From positions 1-53,813 of IMG/VR virus record IMGVR_UViG_3300032309_000894: a stretch of DNA of 53,813 nucleotides; one strand, given 5' to 3'. Position numbers and translations under genes: made by a program. The notes under the pieces are model-generated. The model was not told the DNA's origin, did not search any database, and worked only from the letters and a program-made list of their open reading frames with translations. This document shows, in pieces, positions 37,327-46,769 of the stretch; the stretch's first letter is position 1; each line of letters begins with the position of its first letter. The stretch is from a virus. Its lineage: Duplodnaviria; Caudoviricetes.

Positions 37327-37400
37327 CCGGGTAAACCGGCGTTGCAGACAGTCCCGGCTGACGTCATGCAGACTGTAACGCCTATCTCGCATGAGAGGAT
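37327..37400 (+). ncRNA. Structured RNA candidate (Mu-gpT-DE-like position)
   Basis: 10-bp stem plus two crossing helices; immediately downstream of a gpT-like MCP. Confidence 0.5.
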
Positions 37401-37406
37401 ATTATC

Positions 37407-37826
37407 ATGGCTTCAACTACATTTTCCGGTCCCGTCACTTCTACCAATGGTTTCATCGGTGCCATCACCGGCAACGTAACCGGCAACGTAACCGGCAACG
37501 TAACCGGCAACGTGACCGGCAACATCACGGGCGTCGTGACCGGCACCGTTCAGCTTCTGTCTGGCGCGGGCGCAGTCAACCTGACCACCGCTGTCACCTG
37601 CATCACCACCACTGGCGCATCCCAGGCTCTGACCTTGGCCAATGGCGCGGTCGGTCAGTTCAAGACCATTGTCCACACTGTGGATGGCGGTTCTGCGGTT
37701 CTCACCCCGACCACGGCAATCGGCTTTACAACCATCACGTTCACCGCTGTCGGTGATTCGGCGCAGTTGTATTACTCGACCACGGGTTGGGCTGTCGTCG
37801 GTTCCAAGGGCGTCACAATCGCCTAA
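37407..37826 (+). CDS. Virion structural protein (head fibre-like)
   Basis: TTFSGPV N-terminus; TGNV repeats; Thr/Gly-rich. Confidence 0.65.
   Translation: MASTTFSGPVTSTNGFIGAITGNVTGNVTGNVTGNVTGNITGVVTGTVQLLSGAGAVNLTTAVTCITTTGASQALTLANGAVGQFKTIVHTVDGGSAVLTPTTAIGFTTITFTAVGDSAQLYYSTTGWAVVGSKGVTIA
37467..37526 (+). repeat. 12-nt coding tandem repeat ACCGGCAACGTA x5
   Basis: Three exact and two degenerate copies. Confidence 0.9.
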
Positions 37827-37848
37827 TCCGGCATAGAGGAGGCACACG

Positions 37849-38259
37849 ATGGCTGACAATGTGACATCACAAACCATCCTTGACGGTGAGCGTCTGTTCA
37901 TCGCCAAATACACCAACATTTCAGACGGCACAGGTGAGACGGCGGTTGTAAAGGTCGACGTCTCCACTCTGAACCCGAATATTTTTGGTTACGCCTGCAA
38001 TGGTGTGAAGATCAACAAGATATGGATGGCCGCGCATGGCATGGAGGTTCGCATTCTATGGGATGCGGATGTCAACTTGTTGGCATGGCAGGTAACATCT
38101 AACGGCCCGTATCTGATGGATTTTTCTTCTTTCGGCGGGCTCAGTAACAACGCGGGCACGGGCCGCAATGGTGATATTGCCTTCAGCACGCATGACGCCA
38201 CTGCGGGCGACACCTACACTATTGTTCTGGAGTGCATCAAAACTTACGCGACGTCGTGA
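37849..38259 (+). CDS. Hypothetical structural protein
   Basis: GAGGAGG RBS; beta-rich. Confidence 0.65.
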   Translation: MADNVTSQTILDGERLFIAKYTNISDGTGETAVVKVDVSTLNPNIFGYACNGVKINKIWMAAHGMEVRILWDADVNLLAWQVTSNGPYLMDFSSFGGLSNNAGTGRNGDIAFSTHDATAGDTYTIVLECIKTYATS

Positions 38260-38271
38260 CGAGGTGGCGCG

Positions 38272-38529
38272 ATGGACCTGACGCTGTGGAACACTGGGCT
38301 TTCTTTGGTGGTGGGCATCGTAAGTTGGGTTCTGAAGGATAAGGCGGCTGAACTGAGCCGCATATCCATCCTTCTGAACAAGACGCGCGAGGAAATCGCC
38401 AAGGATTATGTGACGAAGACGGAAGTTCACGCTGACATAAATCGCGTGATGAACCGCCTTGAAGTGCTAGACGCAAAGCTCGACAGATTGATCGAGAACA
38501 ATCGTGTGAAGGGTGCCCCCAATGGGTAA
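38272..38529 (+). CDS. Single-TM plus coiled-coil protein (holin candidate)
   Basis: N-terminal hydrophobic helix followed by a heptad region. Confidence 0.5.
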   Translation: MDLTLWNTGLSLVVGIVSWVLKDKAAELSRISILLNKTREEIAKDYVTKTEVHADINRVMNRLEVLDAKLDRLIENNRVKGAPNG

Positions 38530-39250
38530 AACGCTGAAATACGTTTCCGAGTTCACATTCCCATCCGCCGGTAAGACGGCGGCACCGGGTTATGCCAAGG
38601 GCGGCATGGCTATGGGTAACATGAAGTCAACCAAGCCCGCCGCTTCGCCCGCCCCGAAGAGCGACATGCTGTACAGCAAGAAGGAGAACACCGCTAAGAC
38701 CCTCCTTCATGATGGCAAGGGTGCACCCATGCCGCATGCCAAGGGCTCGGTGAACATGGCCAAAGGTGGCCCTGCGATGTCTGCCGGTCGTGCCGCAATG
38801 GCCCAGGCGGCGGCAAATCGTCAGCCTGCCCAGGCTCAGGCCATGATGCGCCCCCCTACCATGGGTGGTGGCGTACCAGCAGCCCACCAGCAGCGGCTTG
38901 CTCAACTTGCTGCCATGCAAACCCGTGCCCAAGCTCAGCCCATGCCGCAAGTTAAACCGCCCATGCCGCAAATGGGTAATCGACCTCAAGTGTCTCAGCC
39001 TTTGATGCCTGGGGGTGCTGGTGCTGCTGACGAAATGAGACCGGCAGTTATGAAGCGCGGTGGTATGGCCAAGGGTGGCATGAGTGACTGCGGTATGGCC
39101 AAGGGTGGCATGTCCAAGGTCGGCAAGGTCATGGGCGAGTTCAAAGCCGGTGAACTGCATTCCGGCAGCAAGAACGGCCCCATGGTGACGAACCGCAAGC
39201 AGGCGGTTGCCATTGGCATGTCGGAAGCCCGCAAGGCGACCAAGAAGTAG
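38522..39250 (+). CDS. Basic low-complexity protein with MAKGG repeats and DUF6496-like C-terminus
   Basis: KVMGEFKAGELHSGS..GP.VT.RKQAVAI.MSEA. Confidence 0.7.
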   Translation: MGKTLKYVSEFTFPSAGKTAAPGYAKGGMAMGNMKSTKPAASPAPKSDMLYSKKENTAKTLLHDGKGAPMPHAKGSVNMAKGGPAMSAGRAAMAQAAANRQPAQAQAMMRPPTMGGGVPAAHQQRLAQLAAMQTRAQAQPMPQVKPPMPQMGNRPQVSQPLMPGGAGAADEMRPAVMKRGGMAKGGMSDCGMAKGGMSKVGKVMGEFKAGELHSGSKNGPMVTNRKQAVAIGMSEARKATKK

Positions 39251-39251
39251 C

Positions 39252-39312
39252 TTGTTATTTCAGGCCCCGTGACGTATTTTTCGCCAAATACCACGGGGCC
39301 TGCTGAACCAGC
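39252..39312 (+). promoter_or_regulatory. Promoter-like element overlapping an 11-bp inverted repeat
   Basis: cTTGTTA-N17-TATTTT; CAGGCCCCGTG (39261-39271) / CACGGGGCCTG (39292-39302). Confidence 0.5.
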
Positions 39313-39338
39313 GACCGTCGCCTTTGAGCGGAGAAAGC

Positions 39339-40319
39339 ATGGCCTATTCAGGTAATATCGGCGGCACCACGTTTAATGCTCTGAAGGTGGTTGACCACGC
39401 CTTCCGGCGGTGCCGTTTGCCTGCCCAGGCCATCACGTCTGAGATGCAGTCATATGCTCTCGATTCGCTTTATCTCATGCTCTCCGAACTGGCGAACATC
39501 AAAACGCCAAGTTGGTGCATCGAGAAGCTCATTCTGCCGATGTACGAGAACCAGCCCTTGGTGACGCTACCTGTCGGCACGGTTGAGGTGCTGAACCTCA
39601 ATTACCGCACGCTTCAGCTTCTGAGCGGTGCCACGGTGAGCACCTCGACCAGTTACACGGTGAACTTCACCAGCGCGACCGTGGTCAACACGGTGGGTGT
39701 CGAGTGGAGCGGTGCGGGTGTCAACCTCACCTTTCAAGTCAGCAATAACGGCACAACCTGGGTGACGGTTGGCACGCAGACGACAGCGGCAGTTGCCGGT
39801 GACATCACATGGACCGACATCAGCGTTGGCCTGCCCTATCAATATTTCCGCATCACCTCGGCCAGCACGATCAACTACACCGCGATCACTCTGGGCAATC
39901 TGCCGCAAGAAATCCCGCTCGGGCAGTTGAACCGCGACAGCTACGTCAACCAGTCCAACAAGGTGTTTCCGGGCCGACCCAGCAGCTACTATTTCCTGCG
40001 CGATCTGCCCGAGCCGGTGGTGTACCTGTGGCCTGCGCCATTCTCTGCGGCTGAGCAGGCCCAGCTTGTGCTGTGGCGGCATCGCCAGATCATGGACACC
40101 GAGAACCTTCAGCAGGAGGTCGAGGTGCCTGACAGGTGGCTTGAGGCGATCACGAATGGCCTCGCTGCCCGCATGGCGGCTGAGACGCCCGTTGTCGATC
40201 TGAACCTGATTCCGGTGCTCGAAGCGCGCGCCAGCATGTCCATGCAGCGTGCATGGGATGGGGACAACGACGGCTCGCCCACCCAGATCAACCCGGGCAT
40301 TCGGGCATACACCGCATGA
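39339..40319 (+). CDS. Head-tail adaptor-like protein with inserted beta domain
   Basis: AFRRC, L.LML.EL.N, GRP..YY, YLWPAP, P.RWLEA...GLA. Confidence 0.6.
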   Translation: MAYSGNIGGTTFNALKVVDHAFRRCRLPAQAITSEMQSYALDSLYLMLSELANIKTPSWCIEKLILPMYENQPLVTLPVGTVEVLNLNYRTLQLLSGATVSTSTSYTVNFTSATVVNTVGVEWSGAGVNLTFQVSNNGTTWVTVGTQTTAAVAGDITWTDISVGLPYQYFRITSASTINYTAITLGNLPQEIPLGQLNRDSYVNQSNKVFPGRPSSYYFLRDLPEPVVYLWPAPFSAAEQAQLVLWRHRQIMDTENLQQEVEVPDRWLEAITNGLAARMAAETPVVDLNLIPVLEARASMSMQRAWDGDNDGSPTQINPGIRAYTA

Positions 40320-40624
40320 GTGGTGGCAAATTTCTCGATCCGACAGGTCAATCCACCTACGGCATCGGTATCTGCGGGCGCTGCTCGCGCAAGATGTTTC
40401 TTGCCGAGCTCATGCCCGATCCGAATTTTCCGGGCTTGATGGTGTGCGATCTCGACCGCGACCAATACGACCCCTACCGCCTCGCCCCCCGGGCACCGGA
40501 TCAAATCGTGCTGCCGTTCAATCGACCTGATACGCCTATCAATACGCGCCCGGCTGGTGTTATTCAGGAGCAAGGCGACGAGTTCTTCATCACGGAAGAC
40601 GGCAATGGGTATCTGGAGTTCTAA
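40316..40624 (+). CDS. Small CxxC tail-module protein
   Basis: ICGRC...VC...D; ends ITEDGNGYLEF. Confidence 0.65.
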   Translation: MSGGKFLDPTGQSTYGIGICGRCSRKMFLAELMPDPNFPGLMVCDLDRDQYDPYRLAPRAPDQIVLPFNRPDTPINTRPAGVIQEQGDEFFITEDGNGYLEF

Positions 40625-42907
40625 ATGACCGACGTACCTAGCAATCTCATTCCGACGCGGATCACGCAGTTACCTGTCGCCCCCGTGGCTGACGAAAACT
40701 CGCTGATGATGATTGTCTACCAGGGCAACAACTATCAGATTCGCGTCGGTGATCTGCTCTCGGTTGCCGGTGTGCCCACCTCGCGTCAGGTGATTGCAGG
40801 CACCGGCATGACCGGCGGTGGCCAACTTACCTCAAACGTCACGCTGAGCATTGCACCGGGCGGCGTGGGTACCAGTCAGCTTGCTAGTTCAGGCGTAACG
40901 CCGGGTTCCTACGGCACCGCGACAGACATCCCAGTTTTCACGGTTGACGCCACAGGCCGCGTCATGTCGGCCACCACAGTGCCCGCAACGATCAGTGGAT
41001 ATGTACCCACAAGCCGTCAAGTTATTGCTGGAACGGGTCTTAGCGGCGGTGGCCCGCTCAGCAGCAACGTCACGATTACAGCCAATCTGAGCAATTCGAC
41101 CCCGCTGGCTGGGTTTCAGTCGGGTTCCGCAGGCTCGTCTACAAATATGGCCCGCGCTGACCATAAGCACCCGGCGGTTAACGTCGGTGTAGATGACGAA
41201 GTTGACGGTATCCTTGGCCTGGGCAATGGCGGCACCGCCCGAAGCATCGTGGCGGCCGCTGGTGCTATCATTTGGTCCGGTGCCGACGGCTTGTATGTGG
41301 GTCCGGTTGGCACTGCTGGTCAGGTGCTCGTTTCCGGCGGAACCGGTGCCCCGACTTGGGGCACGGCTTTGGTTGTATCTGACCAGCCAGCTAATGTTGT
41401 TTTTGCTGGCCCGGCGGCTGGCGCTGCGGCCCCCGCAGGCTTCCGAGCCTTGGTCACGGCAGACCTGCCCAACTCCGGCGCATCCGCTGGAACCTACGGC
41501 TCTCAAGCTGTCGTGCCGGTCATTGCCGTAAACGCCAAGGGTCAAGTCACCTCTGCAACGAACACGACGATCAATGCCGTCACGCTGACGACCGGCAGCA
41601 TCACGACTGCGCCGACCAATGGCACTGACATCGTCAACAAGACCTATGCTGATTCCATTGCGGCAGGCATCAACTTCCATCAAGCCTGCCGGTTGGCTTC
41701 AACGGCGGCCCTGCCGACCTGCACCTATAATAACGGGTCTTCGGGTGTTGGTGCTACGCTGACCGCCACGGCGAACGCTGCCTTGTCGGTCGATGGCACG
41801 CTGGTTGCGTCCACCAATCGCATCTTGGTCAAGAACCAAGCCAATCAGGCCCACAACGGCGTTTACGTTGTCACGCAGACCGGCAGCGGTGCCGCACCGT
41901 TTATCCTCACCCGAGCGACCGACTTCGACACCCCGGGTTCGGGCGTCAATCAGATCGACGCGGGCGACTTCTTCCTGATCACGGCGGGCACTGCGAACGC
42001 TAACACCTCCTGGGTGCAGCAAACGCCATTGCCCATTACGGTTGGCACCACGGCAATTGTATTCTCGCAGTTTGGTGCTGGGGGTACGACATACTCGGCA
42101 GGCACCGGCCTGACGCTTGCCGGAACCGTCTTCAGCATCACTAACACGGCGGTGACGGCAGCCTCTTATGGTTCAGCCTCGGCGGTTCCTACATACACGG
42201 TGAACGCCCAGGGCCAGTTGACTGCGGCGTCTGACACCTCAATCGCAATTGCCGCCACCCAGGTTACATCCGGCACGTTAAACTCGGCTCGAATCAGCGG
42301 CTCCTACACTGGCATCACAGGCGTCGGCACCTTGACCGCCGGGACGTGGAACGCAACAGCCATAGGAGTTGCTTACGGGGGCACAGGGCTCACCTCTTAC
42401 ACGATTGGTGATCTTGTTTACGCCAGTGGCGCAACGACCCTCGCTTCTTTGGCAGATGTCGCCACTGGCAATGCGCTGATTTCGGGCGGTGTTGGTGCTG
42501 CCCCCAGTTATGGCAAGATCGGCCTCACCACCCATGTGAGTGGCACGCTGCCTGTTGCAAATGGCGGCACTAATGCCACGGCTACGCCAACTGCTGGCGC
42601 TGTTTCTTACGGCACCGGAACGGCATACGCATTCAGCGCGGCGGGCACTGCCAGCCAAGTTCTGCTTTCTGGTGGTTCTGGTGTTCCGACCTGGGCCAAT
42701 CAATCGTCGTTGTCTGTGGGTTCGGCCACCAGCGCAACTAGCGCCACGACGGCCACTAACCTTGCCGGTGGCGCGGCCAGCCGCATTCCGTATCAGACTG
42801 GTGCTGGAACTACGGCATTCATTGCCAATGGCACTGCCGGGCAGGTATTGGTGTCTGCGGGAGCCAGCGCGCCTGCCTGGGGCGGCATCGACGGGGGCAC
42901 ATTCTGA
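40625..42907 (+). CDS. Tail fibre protein
   Basis: G/T/A/S-rich; GSYG...VDATGRV repeats; RILVKNQ...NGVY domain. Confidence 0.8.
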   Translation: MTDVPSNLIPTRITQLPVAPVADENSLMMIVYQGNNYQIRVGDLLSVAGVPTSRQVIAGTGMTGGGQLTSNVTLSIAPGGVGTSQLASSGVTPGSYGTATDIPVFTVDATGRVMSATTVPATISGYVPTSRQVIAGTGLSGGGPLSSNVTITANLSNSTPLAGFQSGSAGSSTNMARADHKHPAVNVGVDDEVDGILGLGNGGTARSIVAAAGAIIWSGADGLYVGPVGTAGQVLVSGGTGAPTWGTALVVSDQPANVVFAGPAAGAAAPAGFRALVTADLPNSGASAGTYGSQAVVPVIAVNAKGQVTSATNTTINAVTLTTGSITTAPTNGTDIVNKTYADSIAAGINFHQACRLASTAALPTCTYNNGSSGVGATLTATANAALSVDGTLVASTNRILVKNQANQAHNGVYVVTQTGSGAAPFILTRATDFDTPGSGVNQIDAGDFFLITAGTANANTSWVQQTPLPITVGTTAIVFSQFGAGGTTYSAGTGLTLAGTVFSITNTAVTAASYGSASAVPTYTVNAQGQLTAASDTSIAIAATQVTSGTLNSARISGSYTGITGVGTLTAGTWNATAIGVAYGGTGLTSYTIGDLVYASGATTLASLADVATGNALISGGVGAAPSYGKIGLTTHVSGTLPVANGGTNATATPTAGAVSYGTGTAYAFSAAGTASQVLLSGGSGVPTWANQSSLSVGSATSATSATTATNLAGGAASRIPYQTGAGTTAFIANGTAGQVLVSAGASAPAWGGIDGGTF

Positions 42908-43251
42908 TGATCAAAGACCTGATTACGAAGTCTTTTGAGGCGCGGAATACCGCGCATGCCAATCATTGGACGACAAACAGCTTTTCCCAGCACGAAGCTC
43001 TCGGTGAGTTTTACGAAGACATCATCGGCGTCCTTGACCGCTATGTTGAGGCATATCAAGGCACGTTTGGGCAGCTTGAACAGGCACCGGAGCAGGTCAA
43101 GGATATTGCTAAGTTTCTTCGCAAAGACCTGCTATGGCTAAATTCCAACCGCAAGGAAATTGCCCGGGGCGTTCCAGCCCTTGAAAATATCCTTGATGAA
43201 ATGACAGCAGTGTATATGAAAACGCTGTATAAGATTGAAAATCTGAGGTGA
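42907..43251 (+). CDS. Ferritin/Dps-like four-helix protein
   Basis: HANHW...HEALGEFYE...D..VE. Confidence 0.65.
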   Translation: MIKDLITKSFEARNTAHANHWTTNSFSQHEALGEFYEDIIGVLDRYVEAYQGTFGQLEQAPEQVKDIAKFLRKDLLWLNSNRKEIARGVPALENILDEMTAVYMKTLYKIENLR

Positions 43252-43255
43252 TCTG

Positions 43256-43981
43256 ATGGCACAAACCGGCTACACCCCGATCCAGTTGTACCGCACGACG
43301 ACCGCTGCGGCGGTGCCGTTGACTGCGAACCTCGCCCCCGGCGAACTTGCGATCAACATCGCCAACACCGACATGGCGCTGTTCGCTGAGAACGCCTCCG
43401 GCACCGTTGTTCGCCTTATGAACAACCCGGCGGGGCTAAAATACCCTACGGCAGACGGCACCAATGGTCAGGTGGTCACGACCAATGGCTCGGGGGTTCT
43501 CAGCTTTTCAACGTCATCTCAAGTTTATCCCGGCGCGGGTGTTGCGGTTTCAACCGGAAGCGCTTGGGGAACTTCCCTTACCGCGCCAAGCGGTGCGCTT
43601 GTCGGCACAACTGACACGCAGACCCTTTCGGCTAAAACCATTGAGGCTGGAACTTTTACCAACGGCTATACCGAAGAGACGGTCACAGCCAACACAACCA
43701 CGGCTTACACAATTTCTCTCGCCAACGGCACCTTGCAAATCCTGACGCTGACTGGCAATTGCACGTTTACGTTCCCAACAGCCACCGCAGGTCAGTCATT
43801 CATGATGTTCCTTAAGCAAGACGCGACTGGTTCTAGAACTGTGACGTGGCCTGCTGCGGTGAAGTGGCCGTTCTCAGCAGCGCCGACGATCACGGCGACA
43901 GCCAGCAAGGGGGATAAGTTTGTGTTTACTGCTGATGGGACGAACTGGCTGGGTTCAGTTGCTGGGCAGAATTACCTCTAA
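43256..43981 (+). CDS. Tail fibre protein
   Basis: L.PGELAIN N-terminal domain; LKQDATGSRTVTWP C-terminal domain. Confidence 0.75.
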   Translation: MAQTGYTPIQLYRTTTAAAVPLTANLAPGELAINIANTDMALFAENASGTVVRLMNNPAGLKYPTADGTNGQVVTTNGSGVLSFSTSSQVYPGAGVAVSTGSAWGTSLTAPSGALVGTTDTQTLSAKTIEAGTFTNGYTEETVTANTTTAYTISLANGTLQILTLTGNCTFTFPTATAGQSFMMFLKQDATGSRTVTWPAAVKWPFSAAPTITATASKGDKFVFTADGTNWLGSVAGQNYL

Positions 43982-45006
43982 TGTTTAGCGCGAACACAAC
44001 TCAAGTCACGGGGTTTCAGCAGATTGCTATTTCCCATGACACAACGCCATTTGTTTCGGCATATCCTTGGTCAGGTTCTGGTTTTGGAGCCAAGTATTCT
44101 GATCCAGCAACATTGCCAACAGGCAATGGGCGTGGCGTAGCATTTAGCCCTAACGGCTCCGCAATTGCGATTTCTCATACTACAACGCCATTTGTTTCGG
44201 CATATCCTTTGTCAAGTTCTGGTTTTGGAGCCAAGTATTCTAATCCAGCAACATTGCCAACAGGCAATGGGTTTGGTGTTGCGTTTAGCCCTAACGGCTC
44301 CGCGATTGCTATTTCCCATGACACAACGCCATATGTTTCGGCATATCCTTGGTCAAGTTCTGGTTTTGGAACTAAATACACTAATCCAGCCACTTTGCCG
44401 ACAGCCGTTGGGTTTGGCGTAGCATTCAGTTCTAGCAATTCCGCGATTGCTATTTCCCATGACACAACGCCATATGTTTCGGCGTATCCTTGGTCTGGTT
44501 CTGGGTTTGGAACCAAGTATTCTAATCCAGCGACGTTACCGACAAGCACTGGGTATAGCGTAGCATTCAGTCCTAGCGATTCCGCGATTGCTGTGGCGCA
44601 TGCCGCAACGCCATATGTTTCGGCATATCCTTGGTCAGGTTCTGGGTTTGGAACCAAGTATTCTAATCCAGCGACGTTACCGGCAAACCTTGCGTTAGGT
44701 GTTACCTTCAGCCCTAACGGCTCCGCAATTGCTGTGGCGCATGGTAGCAACCCCAACATCTCGGTTTATGCGTGGTCCGCAAGCGGGTTTGGAGCCAAAT
44801 ACACCGATCCTGCAACATTGCCGACAGGCACGGGAAGAAGTGTCGCATTCAATCTTAGCAATTCTGCGATTGCTGTTGCTCACAACACAACGCCATTTGT
44901 CTCAGCTTATCCATGGTCAGGTTCTGGGTTTGGAACTAAATACACCGATCCTGCAACATTGCCGACAAACACGGGAAATGGCGTCGCCTTCAACACAATT
45001 ACATAG
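43981..45006 (+). CDS. Seven-bladed beta-propeller, probable receptor-binding protein
   Basis: 7 x 47-aa (141-nt) repeats with VAFSPNG turns. Confidence 0.8.
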   Translation: MFSANTTQVTGFQQIAISHDTTPFVSAYPWSGSGFGAKYSDPATLPTGNGRGVAFSPNGSAIAISHTTTPFVSAYPLSSSGFGAKYSNPATLPTGNGFGVAFSPNGSAIAISHDTTPYVSAYPWSSSGFGTKYTNPATLPTAVGFGVAFSSSNSAIAISHDTTPYVSAYPWSGSGFGTKYSNPATLPTSTGYSVAFSPSDSAIAVAHAATPYVSAYPWSGSGFGTKYSNPATLPANLALGVTFSPNGSAIAVAHGSNPNISVYAWSASGFGAKYTDPATLPTGTGRSVAFNLSNSAIAVAHNTTPFVSAYPWSGSGFGTKYTDPATLPTNTGNGVAFNTIT

Positions 45007-45017
45007 GAGAAAAATAA

Positions 45018-45287
45018 ATGACCGAAACCACCAAAGAAGATCCAAAGACCCGCGAGGAAATCCTCGCCATCAACCTCGAAGCGCGCGAGCAAGAGGTGAT
45101 GCACTACCAGATCAACATCGACAACTACACGCTGGCGCTTGATAACATCGACGCCATGAGCGCGGCTGACCGCCATGAACTGTCTGGCTTTGTCGATCAG
45201 TTGACTGGCCTTCTTGCCTCCGAGCGGCTAGAGCAGAAAAAGGCCAAGGTGATGCTGGCGGTGCTGAAGCAGCAGCTAGGAGACTGA
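45018..45287 (+). CDS. Hypothetical helical protein
   Basis: AGGAG RBS. Confidence 0.6.
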   Translation: MTETTKEDPKTREEILAINLEAREQEVMHYQINIDNYTLALDNIDAMSAADRHELSGFVDQLTGLLASERLEQKKAKVMLAVLKQQLGD

Positions 45288-45288
45288 G

Positions 45289-45756
45289 ATGCTCTACGTC
45301 AAAGCCATCGACAATCAGATCGTCGCGTATCCGTATTCGCCCACGGACCTGATCCGAGCTAATCCAAACACCAGCTTTCCGTCAGGACCGCTGTCGTCTG
45401 AAACGCTCGCTGAATACAACGTGTTCCCGGTCCATTTTGCAAATCAGCCGGTGGTCGATCCTTTGGCGCAGCGCGTAGTTGAGCTTGCCCCGTTGTTTGA
45501 TGGGCAATCTTGGATTCAGCGGTGGGATGTGCAGGCGCTGTCTCAAGATGAGATTGACGCCATGACCGATCAGCAGGCCGCTTCGGTTCGCGCAGAACGC
45601 AATAGACGAATTGCTGACACGGATTGGCGCGTGATCAAGGCTCTGGAGGAAGGCAACGGCCTCGATTTTGACGTTGCCACTTACCGACAGGCACTGCGAG
45701 ACGTGCCGTCTCAGCCCGGCTTCCCGTGGAATGTCGTCTGGCCGGTGCTGACATAA
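45289..45756 (+). CDS. Tail fibre assembly chaperone
   Basis: RAERN...TDW...YRQALRDVP.QPGFP..V.WP. Confidence 0.85.
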   Translation: MLYVKAIDNQIVAYPYSPTDLIRANPNTSFPSGPLSSETLAEYNVFPVHFANQPVVDPLAQRVVELAPLFDGQSWIQRWDVQALSQDEIDAMTDQQAASVRAERNRRIADTDWRVIKALEEGNGLDFDVATYRQALRDVPSQPGFPWNVVWPVLT

Positions 45757-46403
45757 TGTTTCGCCGCGTCAGCCCCGAAGGGCTTGCTTTCATCAAGCAG
45801 TGGGAGGGTCTCCGTTTGGAGGCGTACCGCTGCACTGCCGGTGCCTGGACCATCGGATACGGCCATACGCTGGGCGTCACCGAAGGCATGCGGATCAGCC
45901 AGGAAGACGCTGATAAACTTCTCCTCATCGACCTTTCAATTGCAGAAGAAGCGGTGTCTCGCGCGGTCACCGCCAAACTCACCGACAATCAGTTCGCTGC
46001 CCTGGTCAGTTGGACGTACAACGTCGGCACCAGTGCCATGCGGAATAGCACCCTTATCCGCAAACTCAACGCAGGCGACTCAGGCGCAGTGCCCGGCGAG
46101 TTGGCTCGCTGGAACAAAGTCAAGAAAAAGGTGAATGCCGGTCTGAGCAACAGGCGGGCCGCTGAGGCCGGTCTGTGGGCCAAGGGTGCCTTCGTATCCT
46201 CTCGCAGCGTCGAGCCCGCCACACCGGCCCAGGGATCAACGGCGATGGATGCCAGCAAGCTAGGTGGTGTTGCCGCTGCGGCGGCCACTGCGGCACCGGC
46301 CCTGACTAGCCTCAGCGGTATTCACTGGGCCGTGGGCGTGGCCTTGGTTGCCGGGGCTGTCGTGCTCGCGGCGGTATACCTGCTGAAGAAGAGGGACGCA
46401 TGA
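45756..46403 (+). CDS. GH24 lysozyme endolysin with C-terminal hydrophobic tail
   Basis: EG.RL.AY.C..G.WTIGYGHT, QF.ALVS..YN.G, GL..RR..E. Confidence 0.9.
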   Translation: MFRRVSPEGLAFIKQWEGLRLEAYRCTAGAWTIGYGHTLGVTEGMRISQEDADKLLLIDLSIAEEAVSRAVTAKLTDNQFAALVSWTYNVGTSAMRNSTLIRKLNAGDSGAVPGELARWNKVKKKVNAGLSNRRAAEAGLWAKGAFVSSRSVEPATPAQGSTAMDASKLGGVAAAAATAAPALTSLSGIHWAVGVALVAGAVVLAAVYLLKKRDA

Positions 46404-46621
46404 CCGCTCTTTGGGGTAAGCTGCAAGGCACGCTGGCGGCAATTCTTGTTGTCATCGGTGCGATTGCTTCGGCCTGGGCAATCGGGCGCAGGACCGGCGG
46501 TGAGCATGCTCGCGCCAATGCCGCTGAACTCGAACAGGAAATAAGGAAATCCGCCGATGAGGCTGCTCGTACTGCTCAGCAGTCTACTGCTGCTGACCGC
46601 CTGCGGACAGGCAATTTCTAA
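46400..46621 (+). CDS. Probable i-spanin
   Basis: N-terminal TM followed by a helical segment; directly after the endolysin. Confidence 0.55.
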   Translation: MTALWGKLQGTLAAILVVIGAIASAWAIGRRTGGEHARANAAELEQEIRKSADEAARTAQQSTAADRLRTGNF

Positions 46622-46763
46622 TAGACCCTGCCCGAGGGTCACTGAGTTTCCGGCAGAATTGCAACGGCAGGCCGCTGGTGAATTGACCACGGCACCGGCA
46701 TTAACCCGCATGCTTGATGCCATGTCTGTTGACCGAGCATTCAACCGGGCCATTTGCTCGTGA
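46557..46763 (+). CDS. Probable o-spanin lipoprotein
   Basis: Signal peptide with LTAC lipobox; overlaps the preceding gene in another frame. Confidence 0.65.
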   Translation: MRLLVLLSSLLLLTACGQAISNRPCPRVTEFPAELQRQAAGELTTAPALTRMLDAMSVDRAFNRAICS

Positions 46764-46769
46764 AACATC

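Noticed and set aside
37358-37372. Hammerhead ribozyme core
   Set aside because: CTGACGT does not fit CUGAnGA and there is no GAAA element
43981-45006. Diversity-generating retroelement TR/VR pair
   Set aside because: No reverse transcriptase found; the repeats are in-frame blades and differences are not adenine-specific
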